Origin: Acidimicrobiales bacterium
Lineage (GTDB): Bacteria > Actinomycetota > Acidimicrobiia > Acidimicrobiales > Aldehydirespiratoraceae
NCBI GenBank assembly: GCA_965207755.1
Contig: OZ242297.1
Coordinates: 2,375,406 to 2,439,405 of the forward strand
DNA length: 64,000 bases
Reading direction: 5' to 3'
Part shown: positions 1-8,650 of the stretch, piece by piece
How positions within the stretch are numbered: position 1 is the first letter of the stretch
Layout: every line of letters starts with the position of its first letter
Position numbers and translations under genes: made by a program
The notes under the pieces: model-generated
What the model saw: the letters and a program-made list of their open reading frames with translations, nothing else
Told to the model about the DNA's origin: nothing
Databases searched by the model: none

Positions 1-1
1 C

Positions 2-628
2 GACCGCCAGGCCCATGAACTGCTGGCGGGCGAGCTGGCCGCGGCCCGGCCGGCCGACGCCGTGCTGTCCGAGGAGGGCGACGACCACTCCTCCCGGCTC
101 GGCGCGGAGCGGGTGTGGATCGTCGACCCGCTCGACGGCACACGGGCGTACTCCGAGCCGGGCCGCACCGACTGGGCCGTGCATGTGGCGCTGGTCATCG
201 ACGAGCGTCCGATGGCGGGGGCGGTGGCCCTGCCCGCGCTGGGGCTCACCCTCTCGACGGCTGACCCTCCCCGGCTTCCGGAGGCGCGGCTCGGGCCGCC
301 CCGGCTGGTCGTCTCGCGTTCCCGCCCGCCGAGACAGGCCGAAGTTGTGGCCGCCGCGCTCGGCGCGGAGGTGGCGGCTCTGGGGTCGGCCGGCGCCAAG
401 GCGATGGCCGTGGTCCGGGGCGAAGCCGACGTCTACATCCACGCCGGCGGCCAGTACGAATGGGACTCGTGCGCGCCTGCGGCCGTGGCGAAGGCGGCCG
501 GCTGCTTCGTCAGCCGGCTCGACGGTTCCCGACTTCGCTACAACCAGCCCGACGTATACCTGCCCGACCTGGTGGTCTGCCGCCCCAAACTGGCCGGTCC
601 GGTACTCGCCGCCCTGAGGACCGCATGA
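2..628 (+). CDS. Inositol monophosphatase / 3'(2'),5'-bisphosphate nucleotidase family (CysQ-like), 5' end outside window
   Basis: The frame is open from the window edge. WIVDPLDGT and YEWDSCAP motifs are typical of the IMPase/CysQ fold. Confidence 0.8.
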   Translation, partial: DRQAHELLAGELAAARPADAVLSEEGDDHSSRLGAERVWIVDPLDGTRAYSEPGRTDWAVHVALVIDERPMAGAVALPALGLTLSTADPPRLPEARLGPPRLVVSRSRPPRQAEVVAAALGAEVAALGSAGAKAMAVVRGEADVYIHAGGQYEWDSCAPAAVAKAAGCFVSRLDGSRLRYNQPDVYLPDLVVCRPKLAGPVLAALRTA

Positions 629-651
629 GCGGCGCTGTTGGCCGCGGAGTG

Positions 652-2376
652 TCAGGCAGCTTGGGCCCAGACCGCTGACAAGGCTTCGGCCTGCTCCAAG
701 ACGGTCTGCGTGGCCTTCTCCTGCTTGTCGGGCGGGTAGCCGTGCCGGCGCAGGGTTCGACGGACCAGAGTGCGAAGCCTGGCCCGGACGTTCTCGCGCA
801 TGGTCCAGTCGATGGTGACGTTGCCGCGGACCGTCTCCACCAGCTCGCAGGCGATGGCCCGCAGGGTCTCGTCGCCGAGCACCTCGACGGCGCTGGCGTT
901 CGTCTCCACGAGGACGATCCTCAGCGGGTCGTCGGGATCGCGGAACCGCTTGCCGATCGCCTCGCGGCGGGCTTTGTTGCGGATGTGGGGCTGCCATTCG
1001 GGCCCGTCCGACGCAGAGCCGGTCATCACGACCTTGACGGCGCCCTCGTCGTCGTCGGGGTGGTGCCAGTCGGGACGCAGCCGCAGCAGCTCGTCGTGGA
1101 GGTCGACGCAGATGCGACGGCTCATGCAGACCACCATTGCCTTGCCGTCCATCGCGTCGAGGCGGGCCTCGTAGTGGTCGACGATGTCCGCCGCCACCTG
1201 CGATATGCGCCTGTTGGCGCCGACGACAGCCTCGAGCTGGGCCCACCTGGTCTTGAGCCTCTCCTTGCGCTCGACCTCCTCGCCTTCGGTGGCCTCCTCG
1301 AAGTCGGGGTCGATGCGGGGCTTCTGGCGGTCGTCGAGGGCGAGTCGGGCGAGACGGCTCTCGTAGTAGATCGGCACCGTCGCCTCGTCGTGCACGGAGC
1401 GCTGGATGTCGTAGACGCTGATGTGGTCGCCGAACACCGCCCGGGTGCTGGCGTCGGCATTCTCGACGGGTGTGCCGGTGAAGCCGATGAAGGAGGCGTT
1501 GGGCAGCGCGTCGCGCATGTGGGCCGCGAAGCCGTCGATGAAGTCGTACTGGCTGCGGTGGGCCTCGTCGGCTATGGCGACGATGTTGCGCCGCTCCGAC
1601 AGCAACGGGTGCCGGTCGCCCTTCTCGTCTGGGAGGAACTTCTGGATGGTGGTGAACACCACGCCCCCCGATGCGGTGCTCAGAAGCTGCCGCAGGCGGA
1701 CTCGGGTGTCGGCCTGCGCCGGCGGCTGGCGCAGCAGGTCGGCGCAGTTGGCGAAGGTGGCGAACAGCTGGTCGTCGAGGTCGTTGCGGTCGGTCAGCAC
1801 GACGACGGTGGGGTTGGACATGGCCGGCTCGCGGACGATCCGCCCCGTGTAGAAGGCCATGGTCAGGCTCTTGCCCGACCCTTGGGTGTGCCAGACCACT
1901 CCGATGCGCCGATCGCCGGGCTCGCCGCCCGGCCTGCGCCCCGGTTCTCGGCCGGCGGCGTGCTGGAGTGCTGCCGCTCGCAGTGAGTTGATTGACGGCC
2001 AGCCAGTCGTTGCTGGAGGCGTCGTCGAAGTCGACCACCCGAGCCTGCGCGCCCCGTACCCGCCCGCCGTCTCGGTACTCGACGGTCACGCCGTCGACGG
2101 CCATGCGGTGGAACGCCCGGTTGCGGGCTTCCACGGTCGCCCCCTCCGGCCGGTTCAGCCGCCGCGCCGCATCGTTGAGCGCCTCGGGCGGCAATTCCGG
2201 GTTGAGCCGCGCCAGCGCCTCCCGCAACGTCGCGGCCAGCACCACCGCGCCGTAGTCGGCCCGCTCCGACGGCGCCGACTCCGGGTTGACCTCCGACCCG
2301 TGGACGACGCTCCACCCCAGCTGAGCCAGCCAGCCGAGGGCGGCGCCTCGACCTCTGCCTCATTCAGCCCGGTCAC
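652..2376 (-). pseudogene. hsdR: Type I restriction enzyme R subunit (HsdR), frameshifted and internally deleted
   Basis: ORF 652..1899 has helicase motifs TQGSGKS, DEAHRSQ and FTGTP plus a canonical HsdR tail ([19 protein letters not shown]). It jumps from RIVLV straight to the C-terminal helices, so motifs IV-VI are absent. The N-terminal ~130 aa starts at GTG 2376 behind a GGGGGAGG SD (..[33 protein letters not shown]). It is readable only after frame changes near 2346 and between about 1985 and 1900. Confidence 0.75.
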
Positions 2377-2930
2377 TGCGCCTCCCCCGATCGATCGGGC
2401 GGCAACACATGCACTTCTCGACAGGCGGCTCCGATCGGCCCATCGTAGAGCCTGCTGAAGGTTCGGAGCCATCCATGGCTTGCTCGAACCGGATGGTGTC
2501 GCGCCAGTTGCCTGGTCGCTCCACCCGCAGTCTCAACGGGGTCGGCGGGCCTTCGAGCGAACAGCCTGGGTCTGGTCGGCGCGGTCGGCTTCGATCTGCT
2601 CCACGAGTTCAGGATGACGTAGCAACGCTGCCTCGTGCGCAGCTTCCTGCTCGACGCTCTCGTGGTTAGCTGCAAGAGGCATCATCGGGAAATCTGAGTA
2701 TTGGGATCGGAGTGCGAGATTCTAGCGAAGCCGAAGGGCCTGCCGCCACGGACCGCGGGCGACCAACCGGACTTCCCCGTGTTCGCATTCTCCCACCGGT
2801 GGGCGTAGACATCGGACCGAGCGCAGGGCGCGACCGCAGCTCGGTCGTTGAGGCGGCTGCCGACGAGATGTCCTACTGTTCACGTAGCGTAGAAGATACG
2901 GTGCTCCGTAGAATGGAAGGGGAATGGCGT

Positions 2931-3467
2931 ATGGCTGGAATGCCTACGGCGTCGACCAGGCGAACGGCGACAGAGATCCGCCGTCGGCGCCCCCGCATCG
3001 GCAAGGCGCGGCTGCACAAGCTGCTTTACTACGTGCAGGGCTATCACCTGGCGTGGAACGGCCGTCCGGCCTTCGGCGATCGGATCGAGGCGTGGGAGAT
3101 GGGTCCGGTCGTCCCGGCCCTCTGGCACGCCGAGAAGCGCGGCCGGGTGTTGTCGGACTCCGAGGAGCCGCCGGAGGCGGTGCGCAACGTGATCACGTAC
3201 GTGCTGCGCCGGGTCGGGGACCGGACCGGTCCCCAGCTGATCAGCGCCACCCACGCCGAGGCGCCCTGGCGCGACGCCACCAACGGCGGGCAGCTGATCG
3301 CTAACCAGGTGATCTCTCACGAGTCCCTGTCTGAGTTCTTCAGTATCGAGAGCCCGGACTTGAAGCTCGTCCGCGAGGCGGTTAGAGCCAATGACTCCGA
3401 CGAGCCCTTCGAGCCCGATCCTCCCGGTCTGCGCGAGGCGCTCAGAGCTGAGCTGCTGTCGAAGTAG
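2931..3467 (+). CDS. Panacea/DUF4065 (SocA/GepA-like) antitoxin-type protein
   Basis: KARLHKLLYYVQGYHLAWNGRPAFGDRIEAWEMGPVVPALW matches the DUF4065 core as I remember it. ATG 2931 follows GAAGGGGAA by about 7 nt. The track ORF starts further upstream at 2712. Confidence 0.7.
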   Translation: MAGMPTASTRRTATEIRRRRPRIGKARLHKLLYYVQGYHLAWNGRPAFGDRIEAWEMGPVVPALWHAEKRGRVLSDSEEPPEAVRNVITYVLRRVGDRTGPQLISATHAEAPWRDATNGGQLIANQVISHESLSEFFSIESPDLKLVREAVRANDSDEPFEPDPPGLREALRAELLSK

Positions 3468-3472
3468 CAGCG

Positions 3473-3757
3473 TTGGTTTCCCACCCATGGCGCACGAACG
3501 CGCATGCTCGCATTGCGGCCTTCGCTCGGCAAAGGGATCTGGCCGAGGCCGACATCGAGGAGCTTCTCCAATTCGCCCGCCGCGTGGAGATCGATCCCTG
3601 GGACGTGAAGGCCGACAGGGACAAGACGGGCGAGTTCTACTGCCGAATCGGGAGGTCTGCGACGCGTCCAGGCCGTGATCTGGCGGCTGGCTATCACATC
3701 GACGAAGCGCACCGGACCGTCGAGGTGATCTCCTTCGAGTTGGTCCCGGCTCGCTGA
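3473..3757 (+). CDS. Small ORF, candidate toxin partner (RelE/ParE-superfamily or DUF4258-like, tentative)
   Basis: 94-aa ORF starting 6 nt after the Panacea gene stop. It contains an HA..R.. motif near the N-terminus and a C-terminal AAGYHIDEAHRTVEVISF strand pattern. It has a TTG start and no clear SD. Confidence 0.35.
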   Translation: MVSHPWRTNAHARIAAFARQRDLAEADIEELLQFARRVEIDPWDVKADRDKTGEFYCRIGRSATRPGRDLAAGYHIDEAHRTVEVISFELVPAR

Positions 3758-3782
3758 CGCGTCAGCAGTCGGTCGACGGCTG

Positions 3783-4700
3783 GTGAGACGCTGCGGTCGG
3801 CTCGGTGGACGAAGTCCCGCTCAGCGGGACCTGCGAGTCTTCGAGCGGACCGCGCTGGGCGCGGCCGCGGAGGCGGGGGTCGTGTCGGACACGCTGCACG
3901 CCGAGCCGCCCGGCGGGGCGGTGTGCTGGTCGACGCGTGAGATGGCGGCCCGCCACGGGGTCAGCAAGGACTACGTCGCGCAGGTCTGGCGCGAGCGGGG
4001 GCTGCGCCCGTGGCTCGCGGACGTGTTCAAGCTGTCGGCCGACCCCGACTTCGAGGCCGAGCCCAAAGACGCCGTCGGGCTGTATGTGGACCCTCCCGAG
4101 CGCGCAGTGGTGTTCAGCTTCGACGAGAAGACCCAGGTCCAGGCCATCGACCGCACCCAGCGGTCGCTTCCCATGGTGCCGGGCCGCAACCGCACCGTGA
4201 CCCGCGACCACCGCCGCAACGGCACCACCGACCTGTTCGCCGCGCTCAACGTCGCCACCGGGGAGGTGCTGCACCAGACGCGCCGCCGCCACACCGGAGC
4301 CGACGTGCTGGCGTTCTTCAAGCACATCGACTCCCGCACCCCCGCCGGCCTCGACGTCCACGTCATCTTGGACAACGTCTCCGCCCACAAGTCCGAACCG
4401 GTGCGCAAATGGCTGTCGAACCCCCGCCGCCAGCGCTGGCACCTGCACTTCACCCCCACCAGCTCCAGCTGGGCCAACCTCGTCGAGTGCTGGTTCTCGG
4501 TCCTGACCCGCAAAGCCCTCAAGAACCGAGCGTTCAGCTCCGTCGCCGAACTCCAAGACGCCATCGACACATGGGCCCAGCACCGGAACCACGACCCCCA
4601 GCCCCTCAAATGGACCAAACAAGCCCAACCCGTCATCGACAAAGTCAAACGAGCCCGAACCGCCCTACACCACGCAACCAAACCCGCGACAGACCACTAG
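3783..4700 (+). CDS. IS630-family DDE transposase, N-terminal HTH region truncated
   Basis: Contains VILDNVSAHKS, HFTPTSSSWANLVECWF and a DDE-type core. The first ~100 aa expected for IS630 transposases are missing or replaced. Confidence 0.8.
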   Translation: MRRCGRLGGRSPAQRDLRVFERTALGAAAEAGVVSDTLHAEPPGGAVCWSTREMAARHGVSKDYVAQVWRERGLRPWLADVFKLSADPDFEAEPKDAVGLYVDPPERAVVFSFDEKTQVQAIDRTQRSLPMVPGRNRTVTRDHRRNGTTDLFAALNVATGEVLHQTRRRHTGADVLAFFKHIDSRTPAGLDVHVILDNVSAHKSEPVRKWLSNPRRQRWHLHFTPTSSSWANLVECWFSVLTRKALKNRAFSSVAELQDAIDTWAQHRNHDPQPLKWTKQAQPVIDKVKRARTALHHATKPATDH

Positions 4701-5081
4701 CAGTGACGGGTTCACGCCCTGCATGGATGTCCAAGAGGGCGGCCGCGTCACCATCGAGCCCACCCCCTCGCAGCAGGTCTCGCAGAAGAGAACGGTATAG
4801 CTACGGCTGCCAGTAGCCGTCCGTTCTGTGGAGCGAACTCCGAGCGTCCATGCCGCCCAGGCTGCCTGGACGCCCGCAGACATGGGCAAAGGGCCGGACC
4901 GCCTAGACCACATCCCCTGTGGGGATCGAGCGCTCCAGTTGCCTGGCGCAGACGGTGGGTTCCGCGCCCCCCGCTGCGAGCACCGTAGCGTCCCGGAACA
5001 TCGGCTCGGGCGGCCTCGCTGGCCCACAGTCGGGGCCAGATCGCGTATAGTCCGTTGCCAACTCGTCGAGGTACGGTGCTC

Positions 5082-5762
5082 ATGGAAGACAAGTATGCGC
5101 TCTCGGCTCGCGTCGAGGCTGCGTTCGAAGGATGCTACGAGGGGCGGAGGGCCGCTGCCTTCGCAGGTGTTCCAGTGTCGACGGTGTACCAGTGGGCGCG
5201 GTCCGGGATCGTTGAGCCCTCGGTGTCGCCTAGGAGGATCAAGCTGTGGTCCTACGCCGATCTCATGGCGCTGCGCATCGTCTACTGGCTCCGCCACCCC
5301 AAGAAGGGACGAGGCAGAGAGATTGCGGCCAGCCCCATGTCGCGCGTGCGCGAGGCGCTCGCTGAGTTGGAGCGGCGAGGGCTGGACATCTGGGACGACA
5401 GCGGGGAGCGGCCCGACTCGCCGTTGCGGGTCGATTCGTCGGCGACCATCTTTCTGATCGACGACGACACATCCCGCGTTGACGGGCAACGACCCCTGGA
5501 TGGCATGTTGGATCTGCTGGGACCCTTCGAATGCGACGGTCAGAGCGGACCTGACCTCCTTCGTCCGCGACCCAACCTGCGCATTATCCCGGGGAGGGTG
5601 TCGGGCGAGGCCCACCTCGTCGGCTCCCGCATCACGACGCAGGTTGCCGCAGCTCTGCACCGCAAGATTGCGGATGTTGAGAAGATCGCAACCCTCTACC
5701 CCGGCTTCGGTGCCAGCCTCTTCGAGGAGGCAATCGAGTTCGAGCGCTCGCTCGCGGCCTGA
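5082..5762 (+). CDS. HTH (MerR/excisionase-like) plus DUF433 fusion, putative antitoxin
   Basis: N-terminal AAFAGVPVSTVYQWARSGIV helix-turn-helix. C-terminal RIIPGRVSGEAHLVGSRITT..IATLYP..EEAIEFE is DUF433-like. ATG 5082 lies behind GAGG. Confidence 0.65.
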   Translation: MEDKYALSARVEAAFEGCYEGRRAAAFAGVPVSTVYQWARSGIVEPSVSPRRIKLWSYADLMALRIVYWLRHPKKGRGREIAASPMSRVREALAELERRGLDIWDDSGERPDSPLRVDSSATIFLIDDDTSRVDGQRPLDGMLDLLGPFECDGQSGPDLLRPRPNLRIIPGRVSGEAHLVGSRITTQVAAALHRKIADVEKIATLYPGFGASLFEEAIEFERSLAA

Positions 5763-6250
5763 TGCGCCTGCCGTTGGACCAGAATTTCCCCGAGCCGATC
5801 CTCAAGGGGCTCGAGTCGTGGATGGGGGAGGTGCAACTCGTGCCGCTGCGCACGATCGACCACAGGCTGACGACGCTAGATGATCGGGGGCTGTTGATCG
5901 CGCTGAAACAACTCGGATACGATGGTCTGGTGACGTTGAACTACAGGATGCTGCGCAATCCCAAGGAGTTGGCGGCTGTTCTCAAGACGAAACTCGCCAT
6001 CTTTGCGGTGGAGGGCGTGGGCGACGATCCGATCCGTGCGACTGGAGCTCTGCTTCTTGATCTCCAGCCCGCCATCAGCGCCATCAGGTCGGGCAGGTCT
6101 GGCGTGTTCTGGCTGCGCCCTCGAACTCCGAAGCCTCAAGACCCGTGGGAGCTGTTCAAGCGTGTAGCGCAGAACCACGGCAAGGACGCGGCGATGCTCT
6201 ACGAGGATGTCAAGGTGTCTGATGCCGAACTCGAAGCGGCCATTCTCTGA
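5762..6250 (+). CDS. PIN-like / DUF5615-family putative toxin
   Basis: MRLPLDQNFPEPI..LDDRGLLIALKQLGYDGLVTLNYRML resembles the DUF5615/Mut7-C PIN-like N-terminus. The start overlaps the upstream stop (TGATG at 5760-5764). Confidence 0.6.
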   Translation: MRLPLDQNFPEPILKGLESWMGEVQLVPLRTIDHRLTTLDDRGLLIALKQLGYDGLVTLNYRMLRNPKELAAVLKTKLAIFAVEGVGDDPIRATGALLLDLQPAISAIRSGRSGVFWLRPRTPKPQDPWELFKRVAQNHGKDAAMLYEDVKVSDAELEAAIL

Positions 6251-6604
6251 TTGGACGGCACCGAATGTCGGATGCTGCTCGCGAAGGTCAAGCGCGGCGG
6301 CGGTGCCGTCGAGGACGCGGCCCGCAAGCTCAAGAGCATCGGCAACAAGATGCCCAAGGGCCGGCCGCCGAGGCTGGTCGTGCTCACCCGTGGCGGTGGC
6401 CCCATTGTCGCGCTCGGACCCTGACCGGCGGCCGCGCGAGCACGGGCCCGGGGCCCAGGCGGGTCCTCGGAAGTCGTGCGAGTGTGGGCGGTCAGGGGGA
6501 TGCGCTCGTCGTCGAATACGGCGGTCACCTCGAAGCGGCCACCCATCCCTGCTGTTGCATCGTGGGGTGTGTGAAATATACGTCCGGGCAATGGCGCAAC
6601 CGGG

Positions 6605-6913
6605 TCAGGGCGCAGGTGTGCTGAGGTCGTCGTCCAAGATGAACAAGAACCTGCCGATGATCCCGGTGAGCCTCTGTGTGTGCTGCTGAGCCGGGCCGAG
6701 GGTCCACATCCGCGCGATGGCTCGCGCTGCTCGCTGGAGGGTCTCGGTCTGCTTCGCGGCCAGCGCCGGGTACCACTGGCGAGAGAACCCGGCCTGGTCG
6801 GACTTCAGCAGTGCTTGCCACTCGTGGGAGTCGTGCCAGTACGCCATTTCGAGAGACTTCCAGCGGTCCAGAGGACTGTCCCACGCCGACTTGCCATCCA
6901 ACATGGTGTCTAA
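6605..6913 (-). pseudogene. C-terminal fragment of a gene split by IS insertion
   Basis: ORF 6605..6904 stays open up to the IS boundary (..L D T M L D G K..) and has a non-artefactual amino-acid composition. Confidence 0.5.
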
Positions 6914-7091
6914 CAGGGTGCTGAAATTTGGGGGTTTGGGTGGTTTGGCTGTGCTGGGGCGGGGTTTGGGCCTGGTTCGGGTCTGTTGTGGGGGTTCTGG
7001 GGGCTGGTGCCGGGGTCGGGTGATGTGGGGCTCTGGGGCGGGGGCTGTGGCGGCTCCGGGGGCCCCGGCCGGGGGTTCGGCCGGGGCGGGT

Positions 7092-8297
7092 TCAGGCTGT
7101 GGGCGTGTCGAGTCGGGCTATGCGCACGAGGTTGTAGGTGGCGGCGGCGATGAGGAACCAGGACCGGTTGCGTTGTCGTCCCTTGTGGCGGAGTTTTCGT
7201 CCTCCGGCGATGGTCTTGATCCATCCGAAGGGCTCCTCGACGCGTTTTCGGGCCTGCTGGGAGATCGTGTATCCGACATGTCGGGTGGTGCGCCGGTCGA
7301 TCGCCGATCGGCGCCCGGTGGTGTTCTGGGCGACATGGGGCGTGAACCCCGCGGCGCGGGCGTCGGCGACGAAGCCCGCGGTGTCGTAGTGGCGGTCCCC
7401 GCCCACGGTGCGCCGCCGCGCCCGCGGCGGGGCTCTGTTGAGCATCTGCGCCGCGGTGTCGCGCTCGGCGAAGCCGTCGGCTGGGGTGAGCTCGGCGTCG
7501 ACGATGAGCCCGTTGCGGTTCTCGGTGAGCAGATGCCCCATGAAGCACAGCGAAGCGCCGGTCCCTGAGGACTTGCGGTACAGCTTCGCCTCGGGATCCG
7601 TCACCGACACGTGGGTGTCGTTGCAGCGCCGCTCGCCGCGCCAGTCCACCTCGCGATTGCGGCCCTTCGGCTCAGAGCCCTTCGACTCGCGGCCCTTCGG
7701 CTTGCGGCTCTTCGGCTTGGAGCCCTTCGGCTCGCGGCCCTTCGGCTCGGAGCCGCCCGCGTCGGCCGGCCCGGACCCGGCGCCCCCGGACCCGGGATCC
7801 TGCGGGGAGGCCCTGGGCTTGAAGCTCTTGTGAGACGCCCAAGCCTCCAACAGCGTGCCGTCCACACTGAAATGCGCGCTCGAGCAGTACCGGCGCAGCC
7901 TCGCCTGGTCTGTCACCGCGGCGAAGAACCGGTCCGCGATCTCATGGTCCAACAACCGCTGCCGGTTCTTGGAGAACGTCGACGCGTCGAAGCCGCGCTC
8001 GTCGATGCGCAGCCCCAAGAACCACTTGAACAACATGTCATAGTTCAGCCGCTCACAGAACGCCCGCTCAGAGCGGATCGAGTACAACGCCATCAGAACC
8101 GACGCCTTCAACAGCATCTCAGGCGGCACGCTCGGACGGCCCCGAGGCGGATACATCGCCGCCAACTCCGCGTCGAGGCCCGCCAGCACCGCATCCACCA
8201 CCGCCTTGATCCGCCGGATCGGATGACCCTCACCGATCAGATCCTCCGCCGACAGAGTCGAAAACATCGCCGTCTGGGCATCAACCGTTCCACGCAT
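7092..8297 (-). CDS. IS5/IS1182-family transposase
   Basis: N-terminus MRGTVDAQTAMFSTLSAEDLIGEGHPIRRIK. Also has LNYDMLFKWFLGL, SVDGTLLEAWAS, GDRHYD and a NLVRIARL tail, all typical for this family. Confidence 0.85.
   Translation of the reverse strand: MRGTVDAQTAMFSTLSAEDLIGEGHPIRRIKAVVDAVLAGLDAELAAMYPPRGRPSVPPEMLLKASVLMALYSIRSERAFCERLNYDMLFKWFLGLRIDERGFDASTFSKNRQRLLDHEIADRFFAAVTDQARLRRYCSSAHFSVDGTLLEAWASHKSFKPRASPQDPGSGGAGSGPADAGGSEPKGREPKGSKPKSRKPKGRESKGSEPKGRNREVDWRGERRCNDTHVSVTDPEAKLYRKSSGTGASLCFMGHLLTENRNGLIVDAELTPADGFAERDTAAQMLNRAPPRARRRTVGGDRHYDTAGFVADARAAGFTPHVAQNTTGRRSAIDRRTTRHVGYTISQQARKRVEEPFGWIKTIAGGRKLRHKGRQRNRSWFLIAAATYNLVRIARLDTPTA
7659..7755 (-). repeat. 15-nt tandem repeat (about 6.5 units) inside the transposase, encoding (E/S/K)PKG(R/S) pentapeptides
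   Basis: Direct reading gives GCGGCCCTTCGGCTC-like units. The protein reads EPKGREPKGSKPKSRKPKGRESKGSEPKGR. Confidence 0.8.
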
Positions 8298-8362
8298 ACC
8301 AACATCATCCCACACCCCACCCACAAACGCGAGCACCCCAAACGACTTTTTCAGCACCCTGC

Positions 8363-8650
8363 TAAGTCGTGGTAGCGGCCACCGGAGCCCAGGTCGCTCA
8401 AGATGTCCAAGATCTCGCGCCAGTGGCCATCGGCAGACAAGAAGTCCATATCGTGCTGGATCGCAGGCCGAGACATGAAGGCGCTGTCATCGCGGCACGC
8501 CGCCACTATCTCGTCGAGCAGCCTCGTGAGGACATGGCCGAACTCCCTTCGGAGCTGGTGCGATGTCGGGAAAGTCCCCTCGGTGATCAACCGGTTCACA
8601 GCGTGGGTCACCTTCAAGAGCTGTTCGTATCCCTGCGCCAGCAAGTGCAA
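8363..8650 (-). pseudogene. N-terminal fragment of the IS-split gene (HEPN-like, tentative)
   Basis: ORF 8351..8650 runs into the IS end. The frame remains open upstream to about 8865 but contains only a TTG start (8650). It has helical LLKVTHAVNRL..SHQLRREFGH (R-x4-H). Confidence 0.45.

Larger units (their letters stand above)
6914..8362 (-). mobile_element. IS5/IS1182-like insertion sequence (~1.45 kb)
   Basis: 13-bp perfect terminal inverted repeat CAGGGTGCTGAAA (6914-6926) / TTTCAGCACCCTG (8349-8361). TAA is present on both flanks (6911-6913 and 8363-8365). It contains one transposase ORF. Confidence 0.7.

Noticed and set aside
2377-2700. Possible hsdS remnant or small antitoxin-like ORF (MMPLAANHESVEQEAAHEAALLRHPELVEQIEADRADQ..) upstream of hsdR.
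   Set aside because: No TRD or conserved-repeat features of HsdS were seen. The small ORF is short and unsupported.
2386-3766. Short perfect palindromes CCCGATCGATCGGG (2386-2399) and GCTGACGCGTCAGC (3753-3766).
   Set aside because: 14-bp GC-rich palindromes are expected occasionally in high-GC DNA. Each occurs once, and I have no independent support for a function.
6272-6424. 50-codon ORF MLLAKVKRGGGAVEDAARKLKSIGNKMPKGRPPRLVVLTRGGGPIVALGP in the island gap.
   Set aside because: Its composition is plausible, but it has no SD and no recognisable motif, and it is below the size where I can separate it from chance. It is left unannotated.
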